A DNA stretch of 64,000 nucleotides from assembly GCA_964247055.1 (NCBI GenBank), contig OZ176053.1, positions 13,206,001 to 13,270,000 of the forward strand, written 5' to 3'. Below, in pieces: positions 11,450-24,726 of the stretch. Under the pieces are notes generated by a model. It was not told the origin of the DNA, ran no database searches, and was given only the letters and a program-made list of their open reading frames with translations. A program made the position numbers and the translations under genes. Every line of letters begins with the position of its first letter. Within the stretch, counting starts at the first letter, position 1. This DNA is from Paragordius varius (Eukaryota > Animalia > Nematomorpha).

Positions 11450-14400
11450 GTATAAAAAATTATTTTGTTCACCGGGGACCAATATCCGATTTTTAAGGAC
11501 AAAGTTTAACTTGAGTAATCATGCGACTAGTTTTATACATTAATTTTTAAAGTATTGTTGTAAAAATCGGATATGAAAGAGTTTGCCAAACTATCTCTAT
11601 ATTTATATGTAGTCCTACTAAGAGAATGTATAAAAAAAATTTTGCTCACCGGTGACCAATATCCGATTTTTAAGGACAAAGTTTAACTTGAGTATTGATG
11701 CGACTTATTGATACGACTAGTTTATACATTAATTTATAAAGTATCGTTGTAAAAATCGGATATGAAAGAGTTTGTCAAACTATCTCTATTATTTGATGTA
11801 GTTTAGCTAAGAGAATGTATAAAAAATTATTTTGTTCACCGGTGACCAATATCCGATTTTTAAGGACAAAGTTTAACTTGAGTATTGATACGATTTATTG
11901 ATACGACTAGTTTTATACATTAATTTTTAAAGTATCGTTGTAAAAATCGGATATGAAAGAGTTTGTCAAACTATCTCTATAATTTGATGTAGTCTTACTA
12001 AGAGAATGTATAAAAGATTATTTTGTTCACCGGTGACCAATATCCGATTTTTAAGGACAAAGTTTAACTTGAATATTGATGCGACTTATTGATACGACTA
12101 GTTTTATACATTAATTTATAAAGTATCGTTGTAAAAATCGGATATGAAAGAGTTTGTCAAACTATCTCTATTATTTGATGTAGTCTTGCTAAGAGAATGT
12201 ATAAAAAATTATTTTGTTCACCGGTGACCAATATCCGATTTTTAAGGACAAAGTTTAACTTGAGTATTGATGCGACTAGTTTAATACATTAATTTTTAAA
12301 GTATCGTTGTAAAAATCGGATATGAAAGAGTTTGTCAAACTATCTCTATATTTTGATGTAGTCTTACTAAGAGAATGTATAAAAAATTATTTTGTTCACC
12401 GGGGACCAATATCCGATTTTTAAGGATAAGTTTAACTTGAGTATTGATGCGACTTATTGATACGACTAGTTTTATACATTAATTTATAAAGTATCGTTGT
12501 AAAAATCGGATATGAAAGAGTTTGTCAAAATATCTCTATTATTTGATGTAGTCTTACTAAGAGAATGTATAAAAAATAATTTTGTTCACCGGTGACCAAT
12601 ATCCGATTTTTAAGGACAAAGTTTAACTTGAGTTTTGATGCGACTGGTTTAATACCATAATTTTTAAAGTATCGTTGTACAATCCGGATATGAAAGAGTT
12701 TGTCAAACTATCTTTATATTTTGATGTAGTCTTACTAAGAAAATGTATAAAAAACTATTTTGTTCACCGGTGACCAATATCCGATTTTTAAGGACAAAGT
12801 TTAACTTGAGTATTGATGCGACTAGTTTAATACATTAATTTTTAAAGTATCGTTGTAAAAATCGGATATGGAAAGAGTTTGTCAAACTATCTCTATATTT
12901 TGATGTAGTCTTACTAAGAAAATGTATAAAAAATAATTTTGTTCACCGGTGACCAATATCCGATTTTTAAGGACAAAGTTTAACTTAAGTATTGATGCGA
13001 CTAGTTTAACACATTAATTTTTAAAGTATCGTTGTAAAAATCGGATATGGAAAGAGTTTGTCAAACTATCTCTATATTTTGATGTAGTCTTACTAAGAAA
13101 ATGTATAAAAAATTATTTTGTTCACCGGTGACCAATATCCGATTTTTAAGGACAAAGTTTAACTTGAGTATTGATGCGACTAGTTTAATACATTAATTTT
13201 TAAAGTATCGTTGTAAAAATCGGATATGGAAAGAGTTTGTCAAACTATCTCTATATTTTGATGTAGTCTTACTAAGAGAATGTATAAAAAAATATTTTGT
13301 TCACCGGGGACCAATATCCGATTTTTAAGGACAAAGTTTAACTTGAGTATTGATGCGACTTATTGATACGATTAGTTTTATACATTAATTTATAAAGTAT
13401 TGTTGTAATAATCGGATATGAAAGAGTTCGTCAAACTATCTCTATATTTTAATGTAGTCTTGCTAAGAGAATGTATAAAAAATAACTTTGTTCACCGGTG
13501 ACCAATATCCGATTTTTAAGGACAAAGTTTAACTTGAATATTGATGCGACTAGTTTAATACATTAATTTTTAAAGTATAGTTGTAAAAATCGGATATGAA
13601 AGAGTTTGTCAAACTATCTCTATATTTTGATGTAGTCTTACTAAGAGAATGTATAAAAAATTATTTTGTTCACCGGGGACCAATATCCGATTTTTAAGGA
13701 CAAAGTTTAACTTGAGTAATCATGCGACTAGTTTTATACATTAATTTTTAAAGTATTGTTGTAAAAATCGGATATGAAAGAGTTTGCCAAACTATCTCTA
13801 TATTTATATGTAGTCCTACTAAGAGAATGTATAAAAAAAATTTTGCTCACCGGTGACCAATATCCGATTTTTAAGGACAAAGTTTAACTTGAGTATTGAT
13901 GCGACTTATTGATACGACTAGTTTATACATTAATTTATAAAGTATCGTTGTAAAAATCGGATATGAAAGAGTTTGTCAAACTATCTCTATTATTTGATGT
14001 AGTTTAGCTAAGAGAATGTATAAAAAATTATTTTGTTCACCGGTGACCAATATCCGATTTTTAAGGACAAAGTTTAACTTGAGTATTGATACGATTTATT
14101 GATACGACTAGTTTTATACATTAATTTTTAAAGTATCGTTGTAAAAATCGGATATGAAAGAGTTTGTCAAACTATCTCTATAATTTGATGTAGTCTTACT
14201 AAGAGAATGTATAAAAGATTATTTTGTTCACCGGTGACCAATATCCGATTTTTAAGGACAAAGTTTAACTTGAGTATTGATGCGACTTATTGATACGACT
14301 AGTTTTATACATTAATTTATAAAGTATCGTTGTAAAAATCGGATATGAAAGAGTTTGTCAAACTATCTCTATTATTTGATGTAGTCTTGCTAAGAGAATG

Positions 14401-15850
14401 TATAAAAAATTATTTTGTTCACCGGTGACCAATATCCGATTTTTAAGGACAAAGTTTAACTTGAGTATTGATGCGACTAGTTTAATACATTAATTTTTAA
14501 AGTATCGTTGTAAAAATCGGATATGAAAGAGTTTGTCAAACTATCTCTATATTTTGATGTAGTCTTACTAAGAGAATGTATAAAAAATTATTTTGTTCAC
14601 CGGGGACCAATATCCGATTTTTAAGGATAAGTTTAACTTGAGTATTGATGCGACTTATTGATACGACTAGTTTTATACATTAATTTATAAAGTATCGTTG
14701 TAAAAATCGGATATGAAAGAGTTTGTCAAAATATCTCTATTATTTGATGTAGTCTTACTAAGAGAATGTATAAAAAATAATTTTGTTCACCGGTGACCAA
14801 TATCCGATTTTTAAGGACAAAGTTTAACTTGAGTTTTGATGCGACTGGTTTAATACCATAATTTTTAAAGTATCGTTGTACAATCCGGATATGAAAGAGT
14901 TTGTCAAACTATCTTTATATTTTGATGTAGTCTTACTAAGAAAATGTATAAAAAACTATTTTGTTCACCGGTGACCAATATCCGATTTTTAAGGACAAAG
15001 TTTAACTTGAGTATTGATGCGACTAGTTTAATACATTAATTTTTAAAGTATCGTTGTAAAAATCGGATATGGAAAGAGTTTGTCAAACTATCTCTATATT
15101 TTGATGTAGTCTTACTAAGAAAATGTATAAAAAATAATTTTGTTCACCGGTGACCAATATCCGATTTTTAAGGACAAAGTTTAACTTGAGTATTGATGCG
15201 ACTAGTTTAACACATTAATTTTTAAAGTATCGTTGTAAAAATCGGATATGGAAAGAGTTTGTCAAACTATCTCTATATTTTGATGTAGTCTTACTAAGAA
15301 AATGTATAAAAAATTATTTTGTTCACCGGTGACCAATATCCGATTTTTAAGGACAAAGTTTAACTTGAGTATTGATGCGACTAGTTTAATACATTAATTT
15401 TTAAAGTATCGTTGTAAAAATCGGATATGGAAAGAGTTTGTCAAACTATCTCTATATTTTGATGTAGTCTTACTAAGAGAATGTATAAAAAAATATTTTG
15501 TTCACCGGGGACCAATATCCGATTTTTAAGGACAAAGTTTAACTTGAGTATTGATGCGACTTATTGATACGATTAGTTTTATACATTAATTTATAAAGTA
15601 TTGTTGTAATAATCGGATATGAAAGAGTTCGTCAAACTATCTCTATATTTTAATGTAGTCTTGCTAAGAGAATGTATAAAAAATAACTTTGTTCACCGGT
15701 GACCAATATCCGATTTTTAAGGACAAAGTTTAACTTGAATATTGATGCGACTAGTTTAATACATTAATTTTTAAAGTATAGTTGTAAAAATCGGATATGA
15801 AAGAGTTTGTCAAACTATCTCTATATTTTGATGTAGTCTTACTAAGAGAA
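11450..15850 (+). repeat. 12-monomer tandem duplication, 2201-bp period (H-I'-O-I-J-L-M-A-A-B-Cx-D)
   Basis: Offsets 11508>13709, 12066>14267, 12982>15183 and 13340>15541 are all 2201. Ends are approximate. Confidence 0.9.
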
Positions 15851-18281
15851 TGTATAAAAAATAATTTTGTTCACCGGTGACCAATATCCGATTTTTAAGG
15901 ACAAAGTTTAACTTGAGTATTGATACGATTAATTGATACGACTAGTTTTATACATTAATTTTTAAAGTATCGTTGTAAAAATCGGATATGAAAGAGTTTG
16001 TCAAACTATCTCTATATTTTGATGTAGTCTTACTAAGAGAATGTATAAAAAATAATTTTGTTCACCAGTGACCAATATCCGATTTTTAGGACAAAGTTTA
16101 ACTTGAGTATTGATGCGACTAGTTTAACACATTAATTTTTAAAGTATCGTTGTAAAAATCGGATATGAAAGAGTTTGTCAAACTATCTCTATATTTTGAT
16201 GTAGTCTTACTAAGAAAATGTATAAAAAATAATTTTGTTCACCGGTGACCAATATCCGATTTTTAAGGACAAAGTTTAACTTGAGTATTGATGCGACTAG
16301 TTTAATACATTAATTTTTAAAGTATCGTTGTAAAAATCGGATATGAAAGAGTTTGTCAAACTATCTCTATATTTTGATGTAGTCTTACTAAGAGAATGTA
16401 TAAAACATTATTTTGTTCACCGGGGACCAATATCCGATTTTTAAGGACAAAGTTTAACTTGAGTAATCATGCGAATAGTTTTATACATTAATTTTTAAAG
16501 TATTGTTGTAAAAATCGCATATGAAAGAGTTTGCCAAACTATCTCTATATTTATATGTAGTCCTACTAAGAGAATGTATAAAAAAAATTTTGTTCACCAG
16601 TGACCAATATCCGATTTTTAAGGACAAAGTTTAACTTGAGTATTGATGCGACTTATTGATACGATTAGTTTTATACATTAATTTATAAAGTATTGTTGTA
16701 ATAATCGGATATGGAAAGAGTTTGTCAAACTATCTCTATATTTTGATGTAGTCTTACTAAGAGAATGTATAAAAAATTATTTTGTTCACCGGTGACCAAT
16801 ATCCGATTTATAAGGATTAAGTTTAACTTGAGTATTGATGCGACTTATTGATACGATTAGTTTTATACATTAATTTATAAAGTATTGTTGTAATAATCGG
16901 ATATGAAAGAGTTTGTCAAACTATCTCTATATTTTGATGTAATCTTGCTAAGAGAATGTATAAAAAATAATTTTGTTCACCGGTGACCAATATCCGATTT
17001 TTAAGGACAAAGTTTAACTTGAATATTGATGCGACTAGTTTAATACATTAATTTTTAAAGTATAGTTGTAAAAATCGGATATGAAAGAGTTTGTCAAACT
17101 ATCTCTATATTTTGATGTAGTCTTACTAAGAGAATGTATAAAAAATAATTTTGTTCACCGGTGACCAATATCCGATTTTTAAGGACAAAGTTTAACGTGA
17201 GTATTGATACGATTTATTGATACGACTAGTTTTATACATTAATTTTTAAAGTATCGTTGTAAAAATCGAATATGAAAGAGTTTGTCAAACTATCTCTATA
17301 TTTTGATGTAGTCTTACTAAGAGAATGTATAAAAAATAATTTTGTTCACCGGTGACCAATATCCGATTTTTAAGGACAAAGTTTAACTTGAGTATTGATG
17401 CGACTAGTTTAACACATTAATTTTTAAAGTATCGTTGTAAAAATCGGATATGAAAGAGTTTGTCAAACTATCTCTAATATTTGATGTAGTCTTACTAAGA
17501 GAATGTATAAAAAATAATTTTGTTCACCGGTGACCAATATCCGATTTTTAAGGACAAAGTTTAACTTGAGTATTGATGCGACTAGTTTAATACATTAATT
17601 TTTAAAGTATCGTTGTTCAATCGGATATGAAAGAGTTTGTCAAACTATCTCTATATTTTGATGTAGTCTTACTAAGAGAATGTATAAAAAATTATTTTCA
17701 CCGGGGACCAATATCCGATTTTTAAGGACAAAGTTTAACTTGAGTAATCATGCGACTACTTTTATACATTAATTTTTAAAGTATTGTTGTAAAAATCGGA
17801 TATGAAAGAGTTTGCCAAACTATCTCTATATTTATATGTAGTCCTACTAAGAGAATGTATAAAAAAAATTTTGCTCACCGGTGACCAATATCCGATTTTT
17901 AAGGACAAAGTTTAACTTGAGTATTGATGCGACTTATTGATACGACTAGTTTATACATTAATTTATAAAGTATCGTTGTAAAAATCGGATATGAAAGAGT
18001 TTGTCAAACTATCTCTATTATTTGATGTAGTTTAGCTAAGAGAATGTATAAAAAATTATTTTGTTCACCGGTGACCAATATCCGATTTTTAAGGACAAAG
18101 TTTAACTTGAGTATTGATGCGACGAGTTTAATACATTAATTTTTAAAGTATAGTTGTAAAAATCGGATATGAAAGAGTTTGTCAAACTATCTCTATATTT
18201 TGATGTAGTCTTACTAAGAGCATGTATAAAAAATAATTTTGTTCACCGGTGACCAATATCCGATTTTTAAGGACAAAGTTT
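14076..18281 (+). repeat. One complete 23-monomer master HOR cycle (O-I-J-L-M-A-A-B-Cx-D-K-F'-J-H'-C'-C-D-E-F-G-H-I'-N), 4206 bp
   Basis: O type at 14076 and again at 18282. The same adjacencies recur in partial copies, e.g. 6565-10223, 10224-13530 and 21055-24357. Confidence 0.78.
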
Positions 18282-21200
18282 AACTTGAGTATTGATACGA
18301 TTTATTGATACGACTAGTTTTATACATTAATTTTTAAAGTATCGTTGTAAAAATCGGATATGAAAGAGTTTGTCAAACTATCTCTATAATTTGATGTAGT
18401 CTTACTAAGAGAATGTATAAAAGATTATTTTGTTCACCGGTGACCAATATCCGATTTTTAAGGACAAAGTTTAACTTGAGTATTGATGCGACTTATTGAT
18501 ACGACTAGTTTTATACATTAATTTATAAAGTATCGTTGTAAAAATCGGATATGAAAGAGTTTGTCAAACTATCTCTATTATTTGATGTAGTCTTGCTAAG
18601 AGAATGTATAAAAAATTATTTTGTTCACCGGTGACCAATATCCGATTTTTAAGGACAAAGTTTAACTTGAGTATTGATGCGACTAGTTTAATACATTAAT
18701 TTTTAAAGTATCGTTGTAAAAATCGGATATGAAAGAGTTTGTCAAACTATCTCTATATTTTGATGTAGTCTTACTAAGAGAATGTATAAAAAATTATTTT
18801 GTTCACCGGGGACCAATAACCGATTTTTAAGGACAAAGTTTAACTTGAGTATTGATGCGACTTATTGATACGATTAGTTTTATACATTAATTTATAAAGT
18901 ATTGTTGTAATAATCGGATATGAAAGAGTTCGTCAAACTATCTCTATATTTTAATGTAGTCTTGCTAAGAGAATGTATAAAAAATAACTTTGTTCACCGG
19001 TGACCAATATCCGATTTTTAAGGACAAAGTTTAACTTGAATATTGATGCGACTAGTTTAATACATTAATTTTTAAAGTATAGTTGTAAAAATCGGATATG
19101 AAAGAGTTTGTCAAACTATCTCTATATTTTGATGTAGTCTTACTAAGAGCATGTATAAAAAATAATTTTGTTCACCGGTGACCAATATCCGATTTTTAAG
19201 GACAAAGTTTAACTTGAGTATTGATACGATTTATTGATACGACTAGTTTTATACATTAATTTTTAAAGTATCGTTGTAAAAATCGGATATGAAAGAGTTT
19301 GTCAAACTATCTCTATAATTTGATGTAGTCTTACTAAGAGAATGTATAAAAGATTATTTTGTTCACCGGTGACCAATATCCGATTTTTAAGGACAAAGTT
19401 TAACTTGAGTATTGATGCGACTTATTGATACGACTAGTTTTATACATTAATTTATAAAGTATCGTTGTAAAAATCGGATATGAAAGAGTTTGTCAAACTA
19501 TCTCTATTATTTGATGTAGTCTTACTAAGAGAATGTATAAAAAATTATTTTGTTCACCGGTGACCAATATCCGATTTTTAAGGACAAAGTTTAGCTTGAG
19601 TATTGATGCGACTAGTTTAATACATTAATTTTTAAAGTATCGTTGTAAAAATCGGATATGAAAGAGTTTGTCAAACTATCTCTATATTTTGATGTAGTCT
19701 TACTAAGAGAATGTATAAAAAATTATTTTGTTCACCGGGGACCAATAACCGATTTTTAAGGACAAAGTTTAACTTGAGTATTGATGCGACTTATTGATAC
19801 GATTAGTTTTATACATTAATTTATAAAGTATTGTTGTAATAATCGGATATGAAAGAGTTCGTCAAACTATCTCTATATTTTAATGTAGTCTTGCTAAGAG
19901 AATGTATAAAAAATAACTTTGTTCACCGGTGACCAATATCCGATTTTTAAGGACAAAGTTTAACTTGAATATTGATGCGACTAGTTTAATACATTAATTT
20001 TTAAAGTATAGTTGTAAAAATCGGATATGAAAGAGTTTGTCAAACTATCTCTATATTTTGATGTAGTCTTACTAAGAGAATGTATAAAAAATAATTTTGT
20101 TCACCGGTGACCAATATCCGATTTTTAAGGACAAAGTTTAACTTGAGTATTGATACGATTAATTGATACGACTAGTTTTATACATTAATTTTTAAAGTAT
20201 CGTTGTAAAAATCGGATATGAAAGAGTTTGTCAAACTATCTCTATATTTTGATGTAGTCTTACTAAGAGAATGTATAAAAAATAATTTTGTTCACCAGTG
20301 ACCAATATCCGATTTTTAGGACAAAGTTTAACTTGAGTATTGATGCGACTAGTTTAACACATTAATTTTTAAAGTATCGTTGTAAAAATCGGATATGAAA
20401 GAGTTTGTCAAACTATCTCTATAATTTGATGTAGTCTTACTAAGAGAATGTATAAAAAATAATTTTGTTCACCGGTGACCAATATCCGATTTTTAAGGAC
20501 AAAGTTTAACTTGAGTATTGATGCGACAAGTTTAATACATTAATTTTTAAAGTATCGTTGTAAAAATCGGATATGAAAGAGTTTGTCAAACTATCTCTAT
20601 ATTTTGATGTAGTCTTACTAAGAGAATGTATAAAAAATTATTTTGTTCACCGGGGACCAATATCCGATTTTTAAGGACAAAGTTTAACTTGAGTAATCAT
20701 GCGACTAGTTTTATACATTAATTTTTAAAGTATTGTTGTAAAAATCGCATATGAAAGAGTTTGCCAAACTATCTCTATATTTATATGTAGTCCTACTAAG
20801 AGAATGTATAAAAAAAATTTTGTTCACCAGTGACCAATATCCGATTTTTAAGGACAAAGTTTAACTTGAGTATTGATGCGACTTATTGATACGATTAGTT
20901 TTATACATTAATTTATAAAGTATTGTTGTAATAATCGGATATGGAAAGAGTTTGTCAAACTATCTCTATATTTTGATGTAGTCTTACTAAGAGAATGTAT
21001 AAAAAATTATTTTGTTCACCGGTGACCAATATCCGATTTATAAGGATTAAGTTTAACTTGAGTATTGATGCGACTTATTGATACGATTAGTTTTATACAT
21101 TAATTTATAAAGTATTGTTGTAATAATCGGATATGAAAGAGTTCGTCAAACTATCTCTATATTTTAATGTAGTCTTGCTAAGAGAATGTATAAAAAATAA

Positions 21201-24200
21201 CTTTGTTCACCGGTGACCAATATCCGATTTTTAAGGACAAAGTTTAACTTGAATATTGATGCGACTAGTTTAATACATTAATTTTTAAAGTATAGTTGTA
21301 AAAATCGGATATGAAAGAGTTTGTCAAACTATCTCTATATTTTGATGTAGTCTTACTAAGAGAATGTATAAAAAATAATTTTGTTCACCGGTGACCAATA
21401 TCCGATTTTTAAGGACAAAGTTTAACTTGAGTATTGATACGATTAATTGATACGACTAGTTTTATACATTAATTTTTAAAGTATCGTTGTAAAAATCGGA
21501 TATGAAAGAGTTTGTCAAACTATCTCTATATTTTGATGTAGTCTTACTAAGAGAATGTATAAAAAATAATTTTGTTCACCAGTGACCAATATCCGATTTT
21601 TAGGACAAAGTTTAACTTGAGTATTGATGCGACTAGTTTAACACATTAATTTTTAAAGTATCGTTGTAAAAATCGGATATGAAAGAGTTTGTCAAACTAT
21701 CTCTATATTTTGATGTAGTCTTACTAAGAGAATGTATAAAAAATAATTTTGTTCACCGGTGACCAATATCCGATTTTTAAGGACAAAGTTTAACTTGAGT
21801 ATTGATGCGACTAGTTTAATACATTAATTTTTAAAGTATCGTTGTAAAAATCGGATATGAAAGAGTTTGTCAAACTATCTCTATATTTTGATGTAGTCTT
21901 ACTAAGAGAATGTATAAAAAATTATTTTGTTCACCGGGGACCAATATCCGATTTTTAAGGACAAAGTTTAACTTGAGTAATCATGCGACTAGTTTTATAC
22001 ATTAATTTTTAAAGTATTGTTGTAAAAATCGCATATGAAAGAGTTTGCCAAACTATCTCTATATTTATATGTAGTCCTACTAAGAGAATGTATAAAAAAA
22101 ATTTTGTTCACCAGTGACCAATATCCGATTTTTAAGGACAAAGTTTAACTTGAGTATTGATGCGACTTATTGATACGATTAGTTTTATACATTAATTTAT
22201 AAAGTATTGTTGTAATAATCGGATATGGAAAGAGTTTGTCAAACTATCTCTATATTTTGATGTAGTCTTACTAAGAGAATGTATAAAAAATTATTTTGTT
22301 CACCGGTGACCAATATCCGATTTATAAGGATTAAGTTTAACTTGAGTATTGATGCGACTTATTGATACGATTAGTTTTATACATTAATTTATAAAGTATT
22401 GTTGTAATAATCGGATATGAAAGAGTTTGTCAAACTATCTCTATATTTTGATGTAATCTTGCTAAGAGAATGTATAAAAAATAATTTTGTTCACCGGTGA
22501 CCAATATCCGATTTTTAAGGACAAAGTTTAACTTGAATATTGATGCGACTAGTTTAATACATTAATTTTTAAAGTATAGTTGTAAAAATCGGATATGAAA
22601 GAGTTTGTCAAACTATCTCTATATTTTGATGTAGTCTTACTAAGAGAATGTATAAAAAATAATTTTGTTCACCGGTGACCAATATCCGATTTTTAAGGAC
22701 AAAGTTTAACGTGAGTATTGATACGATTTATTGATACGACTAGTTTTATACATTAATTTTTAAAGTATCGTTGTAAAAATCGAATATGAAAGAGTTTGTC
22801 AAACTATCTCTATATTTTGATGTAGTCTTACTAAGAGAATGTATAAAAAATAATTTTGTTCACCGGTGACCAATATCCGATTTTTAAGGACAAAGTTTAA
22901 CTTGAGTATTGATGCGACTAGTTTAACACATTAATTTTTAAAGTATCGTTGTAAAAATCGGATATGAAAGAGTTTGTCAAACTATCTCTAATATTTGATG
23001 TAGTCTTACTAAGAGAATGTATAAAAAATAATTTTGTTCACCGGTGACCAATATCCGATTTTTAAGGACAAAGTTTAACTTGAGTATTGATGCGACTAGT
23101 TTAATACATTAATTTTTAAAGTATCGTTGTACAATCGGATATGAAAGAGTTTGTCAAACTATCTCTATATTTTGATGTAGTCTTACTAAGAGAATGTATA
23201 AAAAATTATTTTGTTCACCGGGGACCAATATCCGATTTTTAAGGACAAAGTTTAACTTGAGTAATCATGCGACTACTTTTATACTTAATTTTTAAAGTAT
23301 TGTTGTAAAAATCGGATATGAAAGAGTTTGCCAAACTATCTCTATATTTATATGTAGTCCTACTAAGAGAATGTATAAAAAAAATTTTGCTCACCGGTGA
23401 CCAATATCCGATTTTTAAGGACAAAGTTTAACTTGAGTATTGATGCGACTTATTGATACGACTAGTTTATACATTAATTTATAAAGTATCGTTGTAAAAA
23501 TCGGATATGAAAGAGTTTGTCAAACTATCTCTATTATTTGATGTAGTTTAGCTAAGAGAATGTATAAAAAATTATTTTGTTCACCGGTGACCAATATCCG
23601 ATTTTTAAGGACAAAGTTTAACTTGAGTATTGATGCGACGAGTTTAATACATTAATTTTTAAAGTATAGTTGTAAAAATCGGATATGAAAGAGTTTGTCA
23701 AACTATCTCTATATTTTGATGTAGTCTTACTAAGAGCATGTATAAAAAATAATTTTGTTCACCGGTGACCAATATCCGATTTTTAAGGACAAAGTTTAAC
23801 TTGAGTATTGATACGATTTATTGATACGACTAGTTTTATACATTAATTTTTAAAGTATCGTTGTAAAAATCGGATATGAAAGAGTTTGTCAAACTATCTC
23901 TATAATTTGATGTAGTCTTACTAAGAGAATGTATAAAAGATTATTTTGTTCACCGGTGACCAATATCCGATTTTTAAGGACAAAGTTTAACTTGAGTATT
24001 GATGCGACTTATTGATACGACTAGTTTTATACATTAATTTATAAAGTATCGTTGTAAAAATCGGATATGAAAGAGTTTGTCAAACTATCTCTATTATTTG
24101 ATGTAGTCTTGCTAAGAGAATGTATAAAAAATTATTTTGTTCACCGGTGACCAATATCCGATTTTTAAGGACAAAGTTTAACTTGAGTATTGATGCGACT

Positions 24201-24726
24201 AGTTTAATACATTAATTTTTAAAGTATCGTTGTAAAAATCGGATATGAAAGAGTTTGTCAAACTATCTCTATATTTTGATGTAGTCTTACTAAGAGAATG
24301 TATAAAAAATTATTTTGTTCACCGGGGACCAATATCCGATTTTTAAGGACAAAGTTTAACTTGAGTAATCATGCGACTAGTTTTATACATTAATTTTTAA
24401 AGTATTGTTGTAAAAATCGCATATGAAAGAGTTTGCCAAACTATCTCTATATTTATATGTAGTCCTACTAAGAGAATGTATAAAAAAAATTTTGTTCACC
24501 AGTGACCAATATCCGATTTTTAAGGACAAAGTTTAACTTGAGTATTGATGCGACTTATTGATACGATTAGTTTTATACATTAATTTATAAAGTATTGTTG
24601 TAATAATCGGATATGGAAAGAGTTTGTCAAACTATCTCTATATTTTGTTGTAGTCTTACTAAGAGAATGTATAAAAAATTATTTTGTTCACCGGTGACCA
24701 ATATCCGATTTATAAGGATTAAGTTT

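Noticed and set aside
23239-23424. 61-aa minus-strand ORF (MSLKIGYWSPVS...)
   Set aside because: It starts at TTG and spans roughly one H-type monomer. It appears to be open only because of a private 1-bp deletion (atacttaat, ~23284) in this copy. The product has no recognisable features, so it is a chance ORF.
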